A DNA stretch of 64,000 nucleotides, taken from NCBI RefSeq assembly GCF_009914755.1, contig NC_060935.1. The stretch is one strand, 5' to 3'. Under the pieces are notes generated by a model, which was given only the letters and a program-made list of their open reading frames with translations, ran no database searches and had not been told where the DNA came from. Within the stretch, counting starts at the first letter, position 1. Each line of letters opens with the position of its first letter. Below are positions 25,620-39,032 of the stretch, in pieces. Both the position numbers and the translations under genes were made by a program. The DNA comes from the human T2T-CHM13v2.0 reference genome, Homo sapiens.

Positions 25620-26310
25620 CTGGGGCATGTCCAGAAGAGAGTGAGCAGAATTAGTCATCTTCAGCAACGGCTTTAATAAATAGATATTTCACTTTAAGAA
25701 ATGGTACAGAAACTTACAGATGGAAGAATATGCAGCATCCACATATTCTTATGATTTGCAGTCTCTTTTCTATGGAGCTTTAACTTCCATAGATGTTATG
25801 TGTCTAAGAAAGCTAATGGGGAAGCCAAGAGGTGGAGTTCTAAATTTTCCACCTACTTTTCATATATAAAACATTCTATGAATAAATACTTTTAAACTTT
25901 TCTTTTCATAAATTAGAAAACTTAAGGCCAGAGAGGAAATGATTTATCTGAAATCGTACAGCTAGCAGAGAAATGAAGGGTAATATGGAAAGCAAATACC
26001 TATGTTCAAATATTGAAAAAGTTAACGTGAAAGTAATAGAAGTTATTCAATGAAATATCCTAAGACAGCAATACTATGTGGATGGAAGATGAATGTTATA
26101 GAAAAATAGACTACTATTCCATAAAAATAATCTTGCAACTTAAGCTGCCTGAAGATCAGATGGGTTGCCACAAGAAGCAGCGATTTCTCCAGCTACAGGG
26201 ATATTGAGAACAAATCCAGAAAGGCAGTGTTGCTGGTGATGCAGAGGAGATGAAAGCACTTGATCAAAGGAAAAATTGAATGTCTCTTAAGAACGTTCCA
26301 GCTCTAAGAG
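25620..26310 (+). mobile_element. CR1/L3 relic with an embedded MIR-like piece
   Basis: 'gcatgtccagaagagagtgagcaga', 'ttcaaatattgaaa', 'atgggttgcc...tttctcc'. Confidence 0.4.
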
Positions 26311-28946
26311 GCTGTCATTTATTAGGTATAAGAAAGTGACCTTCTTTAGTTTTTGCTTTCCTGGCTGTGGAAGATGTTGCTAAAAGCAAATTAGAATGTG
26401 TCCTTGTGCTCCTTGTCCAGACAGCTCCTTCAGGTTTTCCTCTGGTGAATACATTTTACCCTCCCACAATGTCCTAGGAAAAGGATGTACATATAAATAT
26501 TAGTATATTTATATTTTCCCTGCCTAAATCTTGTGTTTCTCATAGCAACTAAATTTAACTCAAATGCCATTTCCAAATTAAAGTTAGTGGATGCCTTGAA
26601 GGTTGTATTATTAACAATTCTCATATGTCATTTGTGTTCAAAAAGAAGAGTAAAATCCCTTAATCCAGTTATTAAGTGTCACTGATGTAAATCAATAAAG
26701 AAATTAATAGGTAATTTGGTGTATGGAAAAAGCAACATGGTCAAATGACTTAATCGCTTAAGAATATCTAAAATTGCCTTAGAAATGTATTTGTTTTAAC
26801 TCTGTGATTTTTGAAGTTTAAAATTCTCTTTTTAATTTCTTGAGAAGTAACGACTGCTAAATCTATTTGTATCTGCTGATTTTTACCAGGTTTAGGTTGG
26901 CTTTATCCACCTATTTACTTATATAGGGAAATTATAGCTTGTGATTACTATAATATTACATAACCCCAAACTTTCCTAGTAAGATAATGTACTTCTACAT
27001 CCTCTATTTGTGTTACTCTTTCCATATTTCTCTGTGAAATTGTGCAAGATTGTCTTATAATTTTATGCTAATAAGCAAGAAAAATTATGTACATTTTCAC
27101 TCTGGATTCTTAAGATTTATGTGTATGTGGAGCATAAAATAATCATTGGATGAAATAAAAAACTACAACCAAGAGCAGATATATGGGACGGAAGCCCAAT
27201 AAATAGTGAAGTGATGATGTCAGGCCATCATGCTTACTCTGCTTAGAATAAGCATATAGTAAGATTTATTGTCAAATTCCAACTATTTTAAATAAACTGA
27301 ATTATTTCAGTTTTTAGAACACTGTAAAAATTTATTTTATCCTTATTAATTTATTTAAGATATAATCTACAGACTCAATTTGTTAGTTTAGACTTTACCA
27401 ACCTTCTTACTATTTCAATCATATTATATAAGCCGTGATAGTAATACAGGTCTCAAGCAATTCAGTTTATATACTTTTTTTTTGAACACAGAAGACATTT
27501 TACTCCAAAGACTCATTAGAGTTTGTTTTTGCCATGTCTAATTATGGAGTTCATTATTCTTTGTGTAAATATAGTACTACTCAAAGTAGAATGGAAAGGG
27601 AGAATTCTATTTCTAATGTGACAATGCACAAACCATGGACAGCCAATTTTCTTTTCACAGTTTATCACCACATATGTAAAACTACCCTGTGCAAGGATAG
27701 TGGCATACAAAAGCTGGAAACAAAACTGAGGGGTGAAGCCTGGAGACTGTGAGACAGCTTGATGTCTCTCTGCATCAGGGATTTTGGATTATAATATCCT
27801 CAGTGCCTAATCATTCGTAATTTAGACTGGGTAGTTCTTAAAAAGGTCTAATTGCTCATCCGCACAATAATTTTACTTTATCTAAAGACGAAATATTCTG
27901 TTTTCTGAAACTTGTACTGTGCAGAAAATTTTATTTTATTTTTCTGAGTAAAGAAGAAAAATCTGTTTTTTCATTCTGGATTCTGAGCGATTCAGTCCCA
28001 GAGATGCAACTGATCTTGAGAAATTCAAGCTTAGATATCACGTACAATTTTTATAAGTAGTTAATTCCAAATGAAAGGCTGTAATATTCTTTATTTGACT
28101 TCCAGCTGATATGTAAGCAGAAAACAGCATGAGACCATGATAGGTGGGTAAAAAATAAACAGATAAATGAAGGAAATTATTGTAAATAAAAGAGAAATTG
28201 TTTTTTCAAGCATGGTATTTAAAGCAGGAAGATACCAGAGTAACAAGCATTGGTATGTAGGAATAAAAGAGCATTCAAATCAACACCTCATATTTTGTAA
28301 ATGCTCATTCTTTCACACTCCTCCAGCACCTAAGAGTCTCAAGTATGCTTCTTCATGGTTCTTACAAGGATTGCAAAGCCAGTATATTAACTCAGAGCTT
28401 GTACATCACTGTCACCTGGATTTTCATTCCAGCTTTGCAAATTACTAGCTCTTTGCCCATTTCTAAACTTTTATTTAAAGTTTTAAAATGTCAATAATAA
28501 TCAGGGCTTCCCAAAGTTTTCATGAGGATTACCTTTTAAAAAATGCATTTAAAGCACTTACTATAGAAAGAATACTGCAAATGGGTCCTCAGCAGCTATT
28601 ATTATTATCTGGCAGTTGCATATTATTATACTAATAGGAATTCTAGGTTTCCTCCATATTTAGAGTAGTTAAATTCTGGTACTTTACATACTCAGTGCCC
28701 CATTAGCGTGCTCTGTTAGGATTAGGAATTTGAAAGTGTTGAGAATTTTCATTAAATAATTCAGCATAAAATAAAAGACACATGGTATAAACCATCTAAG
28801 ACAAAATAATTTTTGCTTCCTTATGAATATTCCCAAGGATACATATTCACCAGGCAGGCCTAGAAACTTTAAAAAGCACACAGATTACCTGTTTCAGTCT
28901 TTTATTACACAAGAGAATCTTTTTTAAAAATGTAACTGAATTCTTG

Positions 28947-29105
28947 TTTTATTTTTTTTATTTTTTTAATTTTATTATTATTACACTTTAAGTTTTAGGG
29001 TACATGTGCACAACATGCAGGTTTGTTACATATGTATACATGTGCCATGTTGGTGTGCTGCACCCATTAACTCATCATTTAGCATTAGGTATATCTCCTA
29101 ATGCT
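28947..29105 (-). mobile_element. Young L1PA (L1PA3/4-like) extreme 3' end
   Basis: 'ctttaagttttagggtacatgtgcacaacatgcaggtttgttacatatgtatacatgtgccatgttggtgtgctgcacccattaactc...tagcattaggtatatctcctaatgct' after a T-rich tail. Confidence 0.95.
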
Positions 29106-29129
29106 GTGTTTTAATTTGTGCTTGAGGTC

Positions 29130-29456
29130 TTTTATTTTTCTTTCCTTCTCTCTTTCGCTTCTCTCTCCTTTCTTTCCTTCCTCCCTCCTTTGTTTAATCC
29201 CTTCCTTCTTCCTTTCCTTTCTCTTTCTTTCCTTCCTTCTTCCTTCTTTCAATTTTCTTTCTTTCTTTCTTTTCTTTCTTTCTTTCTCTTTCTTCCTTCC
29301 TTCCTTCCTTCCTTCCTTTCTTTCTTTCTTTCTTTCCTTTCTTTCTTTCTTTTTCTTTTCCCTCCCTCCCTCCCTCCCTTGCTTCCTTCCTTTCCTCCCT
29401 CCCTCCCTCCTTCCTTCCTTCTTTTCTTCTTTCTTTCATCTCTCTCTCTCTCTCTG
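29130..29456 (+). repeat. Polypyrimidine tract (TTTC)n/(TTCC)n/(CCCT)n/(CT)n
   Basis: Directly visible, about 325 bp almost purine-free. Confidence 0.95.
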
Positions 29457-29549
29457 GTGTGTATGTATTTGTGTGTTAGTTAGTATATTTGTGTGAGTAT
29501 GTATGTGACTTAGAAACTAAACAAACACTTTTCTATCCAGGAAAATCAA

Positions 29550-30047
29550 TAATGCTAATAATGCAAAGAAAAATTGCACTGTTCAAGTTTAACATGCAAG
29601 GGAGACTTTATTTAAAACTACTACAATAGAGGAGAGATTGAACTGAACTCCCTCTAAAACAAAAGACAGGCATTTCTTGAGCACTGGGGTGAGTAAGTGA
29701 AAAAGTACTGGAGAATGTTAGCAGGGAGATTGGTCAATGTAGTTGGATAATATGTGTTTGTTAAAGTTATGCTATCCTCTCACAGAGACTGGGAGTTGGG
29801 GATTTTGTCTTTCTTGATCACTGCATTTCAAAACGATGGCTTCCAAATTATTTGGTAAAGACTTTGCTGAGTTGTAACATTGACTAGATACTGATAGAAA
29901 ATTTATATCTTAAAAGGGAAGAGAAATAATTTAAAATTGCAAGTTTGTAAAGTAATCCTCTTAAGGGGAGATTAAGTGAATATAGTCAGAAAGAAACTGA
30001 TGTAATGTTTAGTCAATTTGAGGGGAGAGTTGAGGTTGTCTTGGTCA
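29550..30047 (-). mobile_element. ERV1-class solo LTR (MER67/MER31-like)
   Basis: Reverse complement begins 'tgaccaagac...cccctcaaattgactaaac...tttctttctgactata'; internal 'cccagtctctgtgagaggatag'. Confidence 0.7.
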
Positions 30048-31174
30048 CTGCTTATAGATTACTCTTTGCAAAGTAAAACAACTTGAAACATTTCTGTCAT
30101 TTCCTCATAAACTTTTCTTTCCATTATTCTCTCTTACCTTTTTAAGCTTTGACCATTTCAAATTTCAAGTCATTTTAAAATTCAGTTGACCAAATAGGAA
30201 ACAAGATTTTATTAAAGGATGGCTATATTTAAAAAGAAAGAAAGAAAAAGGACAGAAGAAAAGAAGGAAGAGTAAATTTTCAGGGTGTTTTCTTAGTCCT
30301 TTCTAATTCTGCTTTTCTTATTGTCCATGAAGACTCTATGTGTTTCCTTCTTGATATCTTTGGTCAGTTATTGTTTCTTTTCCTATATTTGCCTGGTTGC
30401 TTCCCATGTTAGAGAACATTATTTGATCTGCATATTTTAGGTGAAATTATCTGGCATTTATAACAATAAGCTCACTTAATGTGACATCATTGCCATATTT
30501 CACTGGCTTGGTCTTGATGTATTTATTCATGCTATCAGCATAGATTTAGAATGATTCATGATTCCTATGATTCATGATTCCTGTGATATATTCTGCCAAA
30601 TATTAGCAATTGCTATGTGTTTTTTTCTTTTTCAAACACTATTTTAAGCACTTTGGCTTGATAATCTATTTAATCCCTGAAGTCTTCAATGAAGCACATT
30701 CTGTTATTACTCATACACATGAGAAAATGAGACACTGAGATAAAAACATCACGTAGTTTTTTAATATGAGAGGCTGCATTCCAGATCAGGTTTCTTTTAA
30801 CCATATTCCATGCTTCTAATCACGATACAACAACCACATCTTTGCTTACCAGCATTTTTGCCTTTCTCTCTTCTCTGCAATGCTGCATCCCTTTTTATTT
30901 CCTTCTATTTTCCTCCATTTTTTTCTCTGTAATGTTTTTCTCTTTCCCTGTAATACTCTAGAAGTTGGAGATTTAAAGTTCATTTGGACAGATAGCCTGC
31001 ATTCAAATAATTGAAAATCTTCATCTTTATTTTAGCACAATGTCATATATGTTATTTGTTACATATGTATGTAACAAATTGAATCAATGAATGAAGTAAA
31101 GGAACCTATACTCCTATACTTTACCTAAAAGGGGTTTAATTCCTCTATTACATTTTTCTAATTTAAAAAATGGA

Positions 31175-31491
<317 letters not shown>

Positions 31492-32879
31492 TTATCAAGC
31501 CATATTTGACACAGGTCAATTTTTTTCTATAATCTAAAAGGTTTACTTGATATTACAAAAGTTAACTTATATAGTTAGGAGAGGTAGGGAATGAGTAATC
31601 AACAAATTTGAGATTTTCATAAAGATTTGTTAAAAAAAAAACACGCGTACAGACAGTGCCGAATTGCCAATGCCAAACATTCTATTTTTGGAGGTAATTG
31701 ACAAAGTGAAAATTAAAAAGTAGTTGTCCAAACAGACCAAGGATAGTAATTTTCTTTTATAATGAATTGTAGATAATTTTTAGAGTGTATATATAAAAAT
31801 AGAGGAATGGGTAGAACAGTTGATATCAAAGGAAAAAGTGGTAAATGCACTTAACCACCAAATTACTTGTTATATATATGAAATTGTTTGACATATTAGA
31901 TATGAGTATTGCAATCAACTTATTTTTAACTTCCATGGCTACTTATAAATATAATTGAAATAAATATAGTAATTTTTTAAAAGAATCGTATGTTCAATCA
32001 GAAGAAATTGATGGGACTGGTTAAAGAAAAACACCCTATAAGCAATGAATAGATGCTTTATCTTTTCACAGAACATTTAAGCATCCATGCTTTTGCTATT
32101 TATTTGCTTAAGTCATTTTTACTTAAATTTGCCTCTTGAAATCATTAACAATTTTACTATGGTGAATAGTATAATTAATTGTTTATCTGAAAAAAAAAAT
32201 CAGCTGGTGCCTAAAATGATAACACTTCTGCTCTTTTTCAGAGTTTTATACAAATTAAAGTGTTATTCATTTGTAAGTACGAATTCTTATATTACTCATA
32301 TTTTTTTAAAATTATGACTTCATGAAAACTGTAGTATACCTTATTTAAAGGCAAACATTATTTTATATATTTTAAAATGAACAGATATGTTAATTTGGGG
32401 TTTTTCAAGGCTGCGGAATCAGACCAATTTCTAGAAAAAACAGTCCTTTCAAGCAAATGCATTCTGTGTTACTCCCAATATGCTGGAGGCATAACATGCC
32501 TTGTAAATTCTGTATTTCATGATTAGTTGTATTACTAGAGTTAGAAATAGAAGAAACATGCAGCAATACAGGATTAAGGCTATCTTTGAATTAAATTATC
32601 AAGTATCTGAATGTTTACTTTGTTCTGTCAGATGTAAAATAAAAAGAGGAAAAAGAAAGAAAAAAAAGACCCTCACTTTTAAGTAACACATAAGAAGAAA
32701 TAAATGTAAATTCTGTGACAGGCATTATAATAAGTAATTTACTTATATGTATATACATGTTTATTCTAATTTACCCCCACCCCAGATTTATGAACTAATG
32801 ATTGCTATTACACCTACTTTATAGATAATGGAACTGAAATTCAGAGGTATTTTAATTCATGGTCATGCTGTGATTATAC

Positions 32880-33400
32880 AGTTAGCGTATCAGAAATTGC
32901 AGTTACAAGTAAGAAACTTAAAAATTGATGGCTTTAACAAATGGGGTTTTATTTTGCTCAAATGATGAAAAGTCCGGAGAAAGTCATTTCAGGCCCACGA
33001 TGATGGCTTCATGATGCCATCAGCGTTCTGTACTTCTTTGTTTCTAAGAGCTCAGCCATCGCTCAGCATGTGTTTTTATGCTCACAATAAAATCTTTCAT
33101 ACAATGTTTTCTTTCTAGACTGGGAGAAAGAAAATGGAAAAACTCAAACATAAATACTGTTATTTTACTCCTTAATTTTAAAAAGCTTTTTCAGCTTTTT
33201 AATTTTAGGAAGCTTTTTAAAATTACTTATTTCTTGAGGAGTAAGAAACTTCTTAAAATTAAGGAGCTTCTTCTTAATTTTAAGAAGCTTTCTCAGAAAT
33301 CCTAGGCAATAACTTCCTTTTACATCTTACTGTCCAGAAATATTTCATGTGGTTCATAATATACTTTTTGTTTTCATAATTTGCCACTAGCAACAGTATC
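32880..33400 (-). mobile_element. Ancient MaLR LTR (MLT1K/L-like), containing a repeat mosaic at 33168-33296
   Basis: 'tggctttaacaaatggggttttattttgctca...aagtccggag' and 'acttccttttacatcttactgtccagaa'. Confidence 0.5.
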
Positions 33401-33512
33401 ATAGTACTTTATGATAAAGAAAAATGTGAAAGTATATTATTCAGGTAACCAGAAATCTTATCCATAGTCATTAAGAGGCAAAGGTAGGATTTGAAACTTG
33501 GTTTGTCTAATT

Positions 33513-33991
33513 CCACATGCATGCATATGTTTATTGCAGCATCATCCACAATAGCAAAGATGTGGAGTCACCCTAGGTGCCCAGTGATGGTGGGCTGGAT
33601 TAAAAAAAAAAAAATGGAAAAGAAACACACCCATGAAAAAGAAAGAAAATCATCCAGGTTTTCCTTTGCAGCAACATGGATGAAGCTGGAGGCCTTATCC
33701 TAAAAAAATTAATGCAGAAACAGAAAACCAAATACTGTATGTTCTCACTTATAAGTGGAAGCTAAATATCGGGTACTCACTGACATAGAGACAGAAACAA
33801 TAGACTACTAGAAGGCAGAAGGAGGGAGGGGGACAAAGTTTTAAAAACTAACTATTGGGTACTATGCTCAGTACTTTGGTGACTGGATCAATCACACCTC
33901 AAACCTCAGCATCATGCAATATACCCAGGTAACAAACCTGCACATATACCCCTGAATCTAAAATAAAAGTTGACATTATTTAAAAAAGAAA
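33513..33991 (+). mobile_element. L1PB-like 3' end inserted in a MIR, with 20-bp TSD
   Basis: HMFIAA..TIAKMW and FAATWMKLEA peptides; TSD GAAACTTGGTTTGTCTAATT (33493-33512) / GAAACTTGATTTGTCTGATT (33992-34011). Confidence 0.92.
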
Positions 33992-36391
33992 GAAACTTGA
34001 TTTGTCTGATTTCTAATCCAGAAATTGTAATCTTTATAGAAAAAAATTTCATTTTCTTGGTATATAGCACCATTTAAAACCTTAAATATAATTAATACCA
34101 TAGAGTGCTTTATTAATGCTATATTAAATGTTTGATTACATAAGTTTGAAAAAGATGCATATTCATTAAATCAATAGGAATTAGAAAAATCTTGAAAATA
34201 CATATAAATGTGTTGACACAGAGCATATAGAATATTTTAATTTCTTACTTGATTTTTATTTTCCTTTATAACTAAAACCCACAATGTATTTGCAATTAAT
34301 TTAAACAATTAGTTTTAAAAAGTTATTAATTTTTCTTGAGTGAATTGCAATTTATTATAAATAGAACCTATTTTGAAACTTCAAGACTAGGAGATATATA
34401 CACTATAGATATGAGACAGTTGACTTCAGGTTTTGGATAAAGTTAAATACTACTATAGCAATTTTTATTTCTGATGATTTCCATTCTTCTATTTTTATAG
34501 AGCATAGAAGCCCACCTCTGCACAATTGCAAAGGACAAAATTGTTGTAACTACTCAAATTGCTTATGGTTTCAACTTTTGATTCTTTGCTCTACAAATAC
34601 CTATTCTATAAACCAATTTACTTGACTACTGATTTATAGTAGAAATAAAATAATTCTGTGATCATGATCATATGAATTGTAGTTCTTAATCCATGTCTGA
34701 AAGTCAATTGGTTCATATAATACATTGATTAGGTATATTGAGCAGTAGTTAAGTGTCATCTGGAAATGAGTTGGTAATTTACACAGAATACAAAGATATA
34801 TACATTGCAAACCTTAAAAAATTATCAAATCATACATTATAATTCTTCATGTCCAATACTAACTGATGACATATTTTATACTAGGCAGTAGTCTTTTAAC
34901 CTGATACTGTCTTTATCCCAGAAACTGCTGAAAATATTTGCTGCAAAATATATCTAAGCAAGAACTATGGTAATTATACTATGTTCATAGAATTTACCTT
35001 AGTGATCAGTATGAAACAGGGATAAAATAAGTGTGAATGAATTAGTTAACAGATTTAGTAAAATGAATTGGTTAAAGACTATTTAAATATCCAGGTTTTT
35101 TTATGATTCTTAAAAGTAGTACAGGATATTCTAGTTGCTATTTTCTGTTTAATAGGATTAAGATATCCCTAGTTCCCTGATGTTTAATGATGTTACAATG
35201 TAATCCACAGATGTTTAGGTGCACATCTGCAAGTCTTTTTTTAATTCAGTTATGGGAGACCAGTTAACTTACTGAAAAGGAACTTTAGATTTTATTACAT
35301 TCTGGTGCTGTTTAAGGACATCATTGTTTAAATCCTTTCTAATTGTTTCAGAAGTTGTAGATCAGGCAATTAGAAATAAAACAGCTGTGTATCAGTTGCC
35401 TACAATACTGAAAAGGTTCCTTTTCCTTCTCTGTTGCTGTCCCATCAAATAAATAGGCTGAGAGTTTACCTGTGATAAATGCACTGTATTTAATACAATG
35501 GGGCAGTCCCTTAATTTGAGCACCTAGCATAGCGTCAACCTAAATCTTCTACTGATTTAATTAGCAAAAGCTCCATGTTAATCACTTTGCAATTAAACTT
35601 TTGGAGTCTCACATTGAAAAAAGTATAATCCTTTCACAAAACAAAAAAAAAATTAAAATGAGCTCAGTAATAATTTGCATTTTTTTGCAAATGTGTTAAA
35701 CAGCTGATGAATTATTCAATACTTACTGTTCATTCTGCAGACTTAATGAGCCTCTCTAATTTGACTTCCATACCACATTATAAATTTTATTCCATGTTTA
35801 TGAATAGAAAAGTGTTCATTACCAAAAGGCATTCATCAATATACTATATGTCATTAATAAGGAAAGCTCTTTTTTAATTTAGCAGAAAATTTTGTTCTAG
35901 CATTACAAACAGAATTTCTTCCACTATAAAAATAGTTTTATCTCTATTATTCATTTTACTGCCATATATATTATGAACCAAGTATAAGAAAAAAACTATT
36001 TTGTTATAATGATTTGGGATGTTTTCCTAGATTGCATTTGTTGAACAATCTCATAGAATCCAGTTATATATATTTCTCAAAGCTCTGAGGCAGTTTTAGT
36101 CCACCTCAGTCTTGTACAGCATAATCTAAAGTTCTAGCAAGTTAGAACCCTGTATATAGAAAGCCTAGCACCATTAAATTTCTTCAAAAGTAAAGAAAGA
36201 ATTTCTCAATCCTTGGATGTATACCCTTTCACTGGCCAAAAAAAAAAAAAAAAAATTCTCCCCACTTATTATTGAATACAATCCTGTCATAAAAAGAACA
36301 AACAAACAACAACAAAGTAAACAAAAACAGTGATCCTAGTTTGTGCATCTCCAAAACTCTACATTTCATTTAAATGGTAACAGGTATACTA

Positions 36392-36755
<364 letters not shown>

Positions 36756-36779
36756 TGTGCTAACCTTCATTGAGGATTT

Positions 36780-37000
36780 ATTGTATACTTGATTTTATTT
36801 ATATGCTTAATGCACATTTCTTATTTAACTCTCACAACAAAGTTAGCAGTTATGTGCTATCAAATCATCTCATTAAGAGGAAACAGAGGCTCAGAGAATT
36901 GATTCACGTTCCCTGATAGTCATCAGGTCACTGGTGGAGCAAATACTTGGGCTTTGTTCAGCTTGACTCCAAAGCCCACATTGGTCCTCCTAAGCACCGC
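36780..37000 (-). mobile_element. MIR
   Basis: 'atttaactctcacaacaa...gaggaaacagaggctcagaga...tgactccaaagccc' MIR core. Confidence 0.7.
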
Positions 37001-37362
37001 CACCTCCTCTAAACCACGCTGGACATGCTTTCTTCTGTGCTGCAGCCATGATTCTATTTTGAATCATTTCATTTTGGGCGATACAAACTTTGTGCTCTTC
37101 TACCACCTAATGTTAGTGAAATGGTTCATAAAGAATAAGCAAGTTCTGATTTCTTCTAACTACAACAGTGAGAATGATGTGGTTATCTAACATAATCTGA
37201 TTATAGTTTATTTGTATGTAATAAAAATATTCTTTTTGCAAGAATCTTTTCCAGGTGTGTCTGAGACAGACAGTTCTCACATTTTTTAAAAGGAGTGTGG
37301 CTCTCTGTAATCCCTAGCTGATTTTTTTTTTTTTTTTTTTTTTTTTGCTGAGGGAGACATCT

Positions 37363-37426
37363 GAGAGATTAATAGAAATAAATAGAGAGATGAATAGAAA
37401 TAAATAGAGAGATGAATAGAAATAAA
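37363..37426 (+). repeat. 22-bp tandem repeat, about 2.9 copies (GAGAGATGAATAGAAATAAATA)
   Basis: Directly visible, next to a T25 run at 37322-37346. Confidence 0.9.
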
Positions 37427-38696
37427 AACCTATTAAAGCCACAGTACATAGGATGTATGTCGCACATTTTACTATAAAATTTAAACGTAAGATTTTCAAA
37501 AATGAATTAGACTAACCAAAATATCTTCTAGTTTCTCAACTTTGTATTTATGTAAAGTAAAAATGAAATAACTTTTAAGAATATATCTCAAGTTTTTTCA
37601 TATAATAGGAGCTCAATAAATATTTCCCCCTGCCCTCATCTAAAACCTTATAAGTGGTACCCAGCAGCAGAGTATACAGTTAGAATTATGTTTTTTCTAT
37701 GAAATGTGCAACTATCACTCATCACATAGGTCTAGAAGAAATGTGTGCCTGGTTCCAGCGGTTTTGTTTTTGTTTTTGTTTTTGTTTTTTTTGACTACAT
37801 TGGTAATTGGGAATTTAAAAATTTTTTGAACATGTGTCTCATCTTGTATGAAGAGTTATAAGTATGAAAATCAGCCTAATTATGTCTTTTACAATGAGAG
37901 AATAAAAAGGAATATACACAACTAGGGTAGATACTCCAAGTGGATTTACATTTGGAACAAGAGTCTAGAAGAGAGAATAGGACAAATTCTATGCAGCAAA
38001 CGATATGCAGTCATTTCTTAGACTAGATGTTAACAAGGTGCTTTCATGGATTTTTTTGTAGTCAACTCTTCATTATCATTCAGCCCTTTTCTTGGTCTTT
38101 CACAGAGTTTTAGTAATGAATTATGTATAGTTTTTGTAATGATTTACATATAATCATTCTAACACGTATGTATGTACACATAATATCACATATCATTATA
38201 TGTAATATACATGAATATTATGTTCATATATATATTCATATATACATTCATTCTCCTGGGTCTATTTTAACTTATTTTAGTGTTCAAACAAGCCAGCATA
38301 CAATGTGATTTCTTAACCAGTTTGCCAGCAACCGACTTACACTCTGTCCCTTTATTCTCTGCTAGGCCAATGGGCTCTGTTCTTTTTACACAGGGATCTG
38401 GATTCTGAAAAGAAGGTCAACTTTAAGAGACAGTGTAGCATTTTGGTTAAGAGCAGGGACACTGGGAGGTCGCTGGGTTGTGTGAGGAAACTATCAATAA
38501 GTAAATGCTATCATTTGCTGTCATAACATAACTTTTAATATTCCAAATAACCAGACTATTTGGCACCCCATGCCCAACACACCTAAACCCTAATTCTAAA
38601 TTTTGTTTCCCTCATAAGGGAAAGTAGACACTTTTCATCTTTCTCATATTCAGTCTTGTTTAGAAGAAAAATAAAGCAGATTGTAATTTTAAGTGA

Positions 38697-39032
<336 letters not shown>

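Noticed and set aside
26341-26473. Possible minus-strand exon (CTAAT branch point, TTTTCCTAG acceptor)
   Set aside because: The donor AAG|GTCACT is weak and all three frames contain stops; it cannot be supported without transcript data.
27534-27752. 72-aa ORF with an internal TTTTCTTTTCACAG acceptor
   Set aside because: No strong donor, no recognisable homology and no partner exons.
29101-29496. F/L/S/P-rich and E/R/K/G-rich ORFs
   Set aside because: Translation artefacts of the CT-rich simple repeat.
37363-37426. Short direct repeats (also 33168-33296 and 53166-53225) as a CRISPR-like array
   Set aside because: No unique spacers, no cas genes, and the context is primate DNA.
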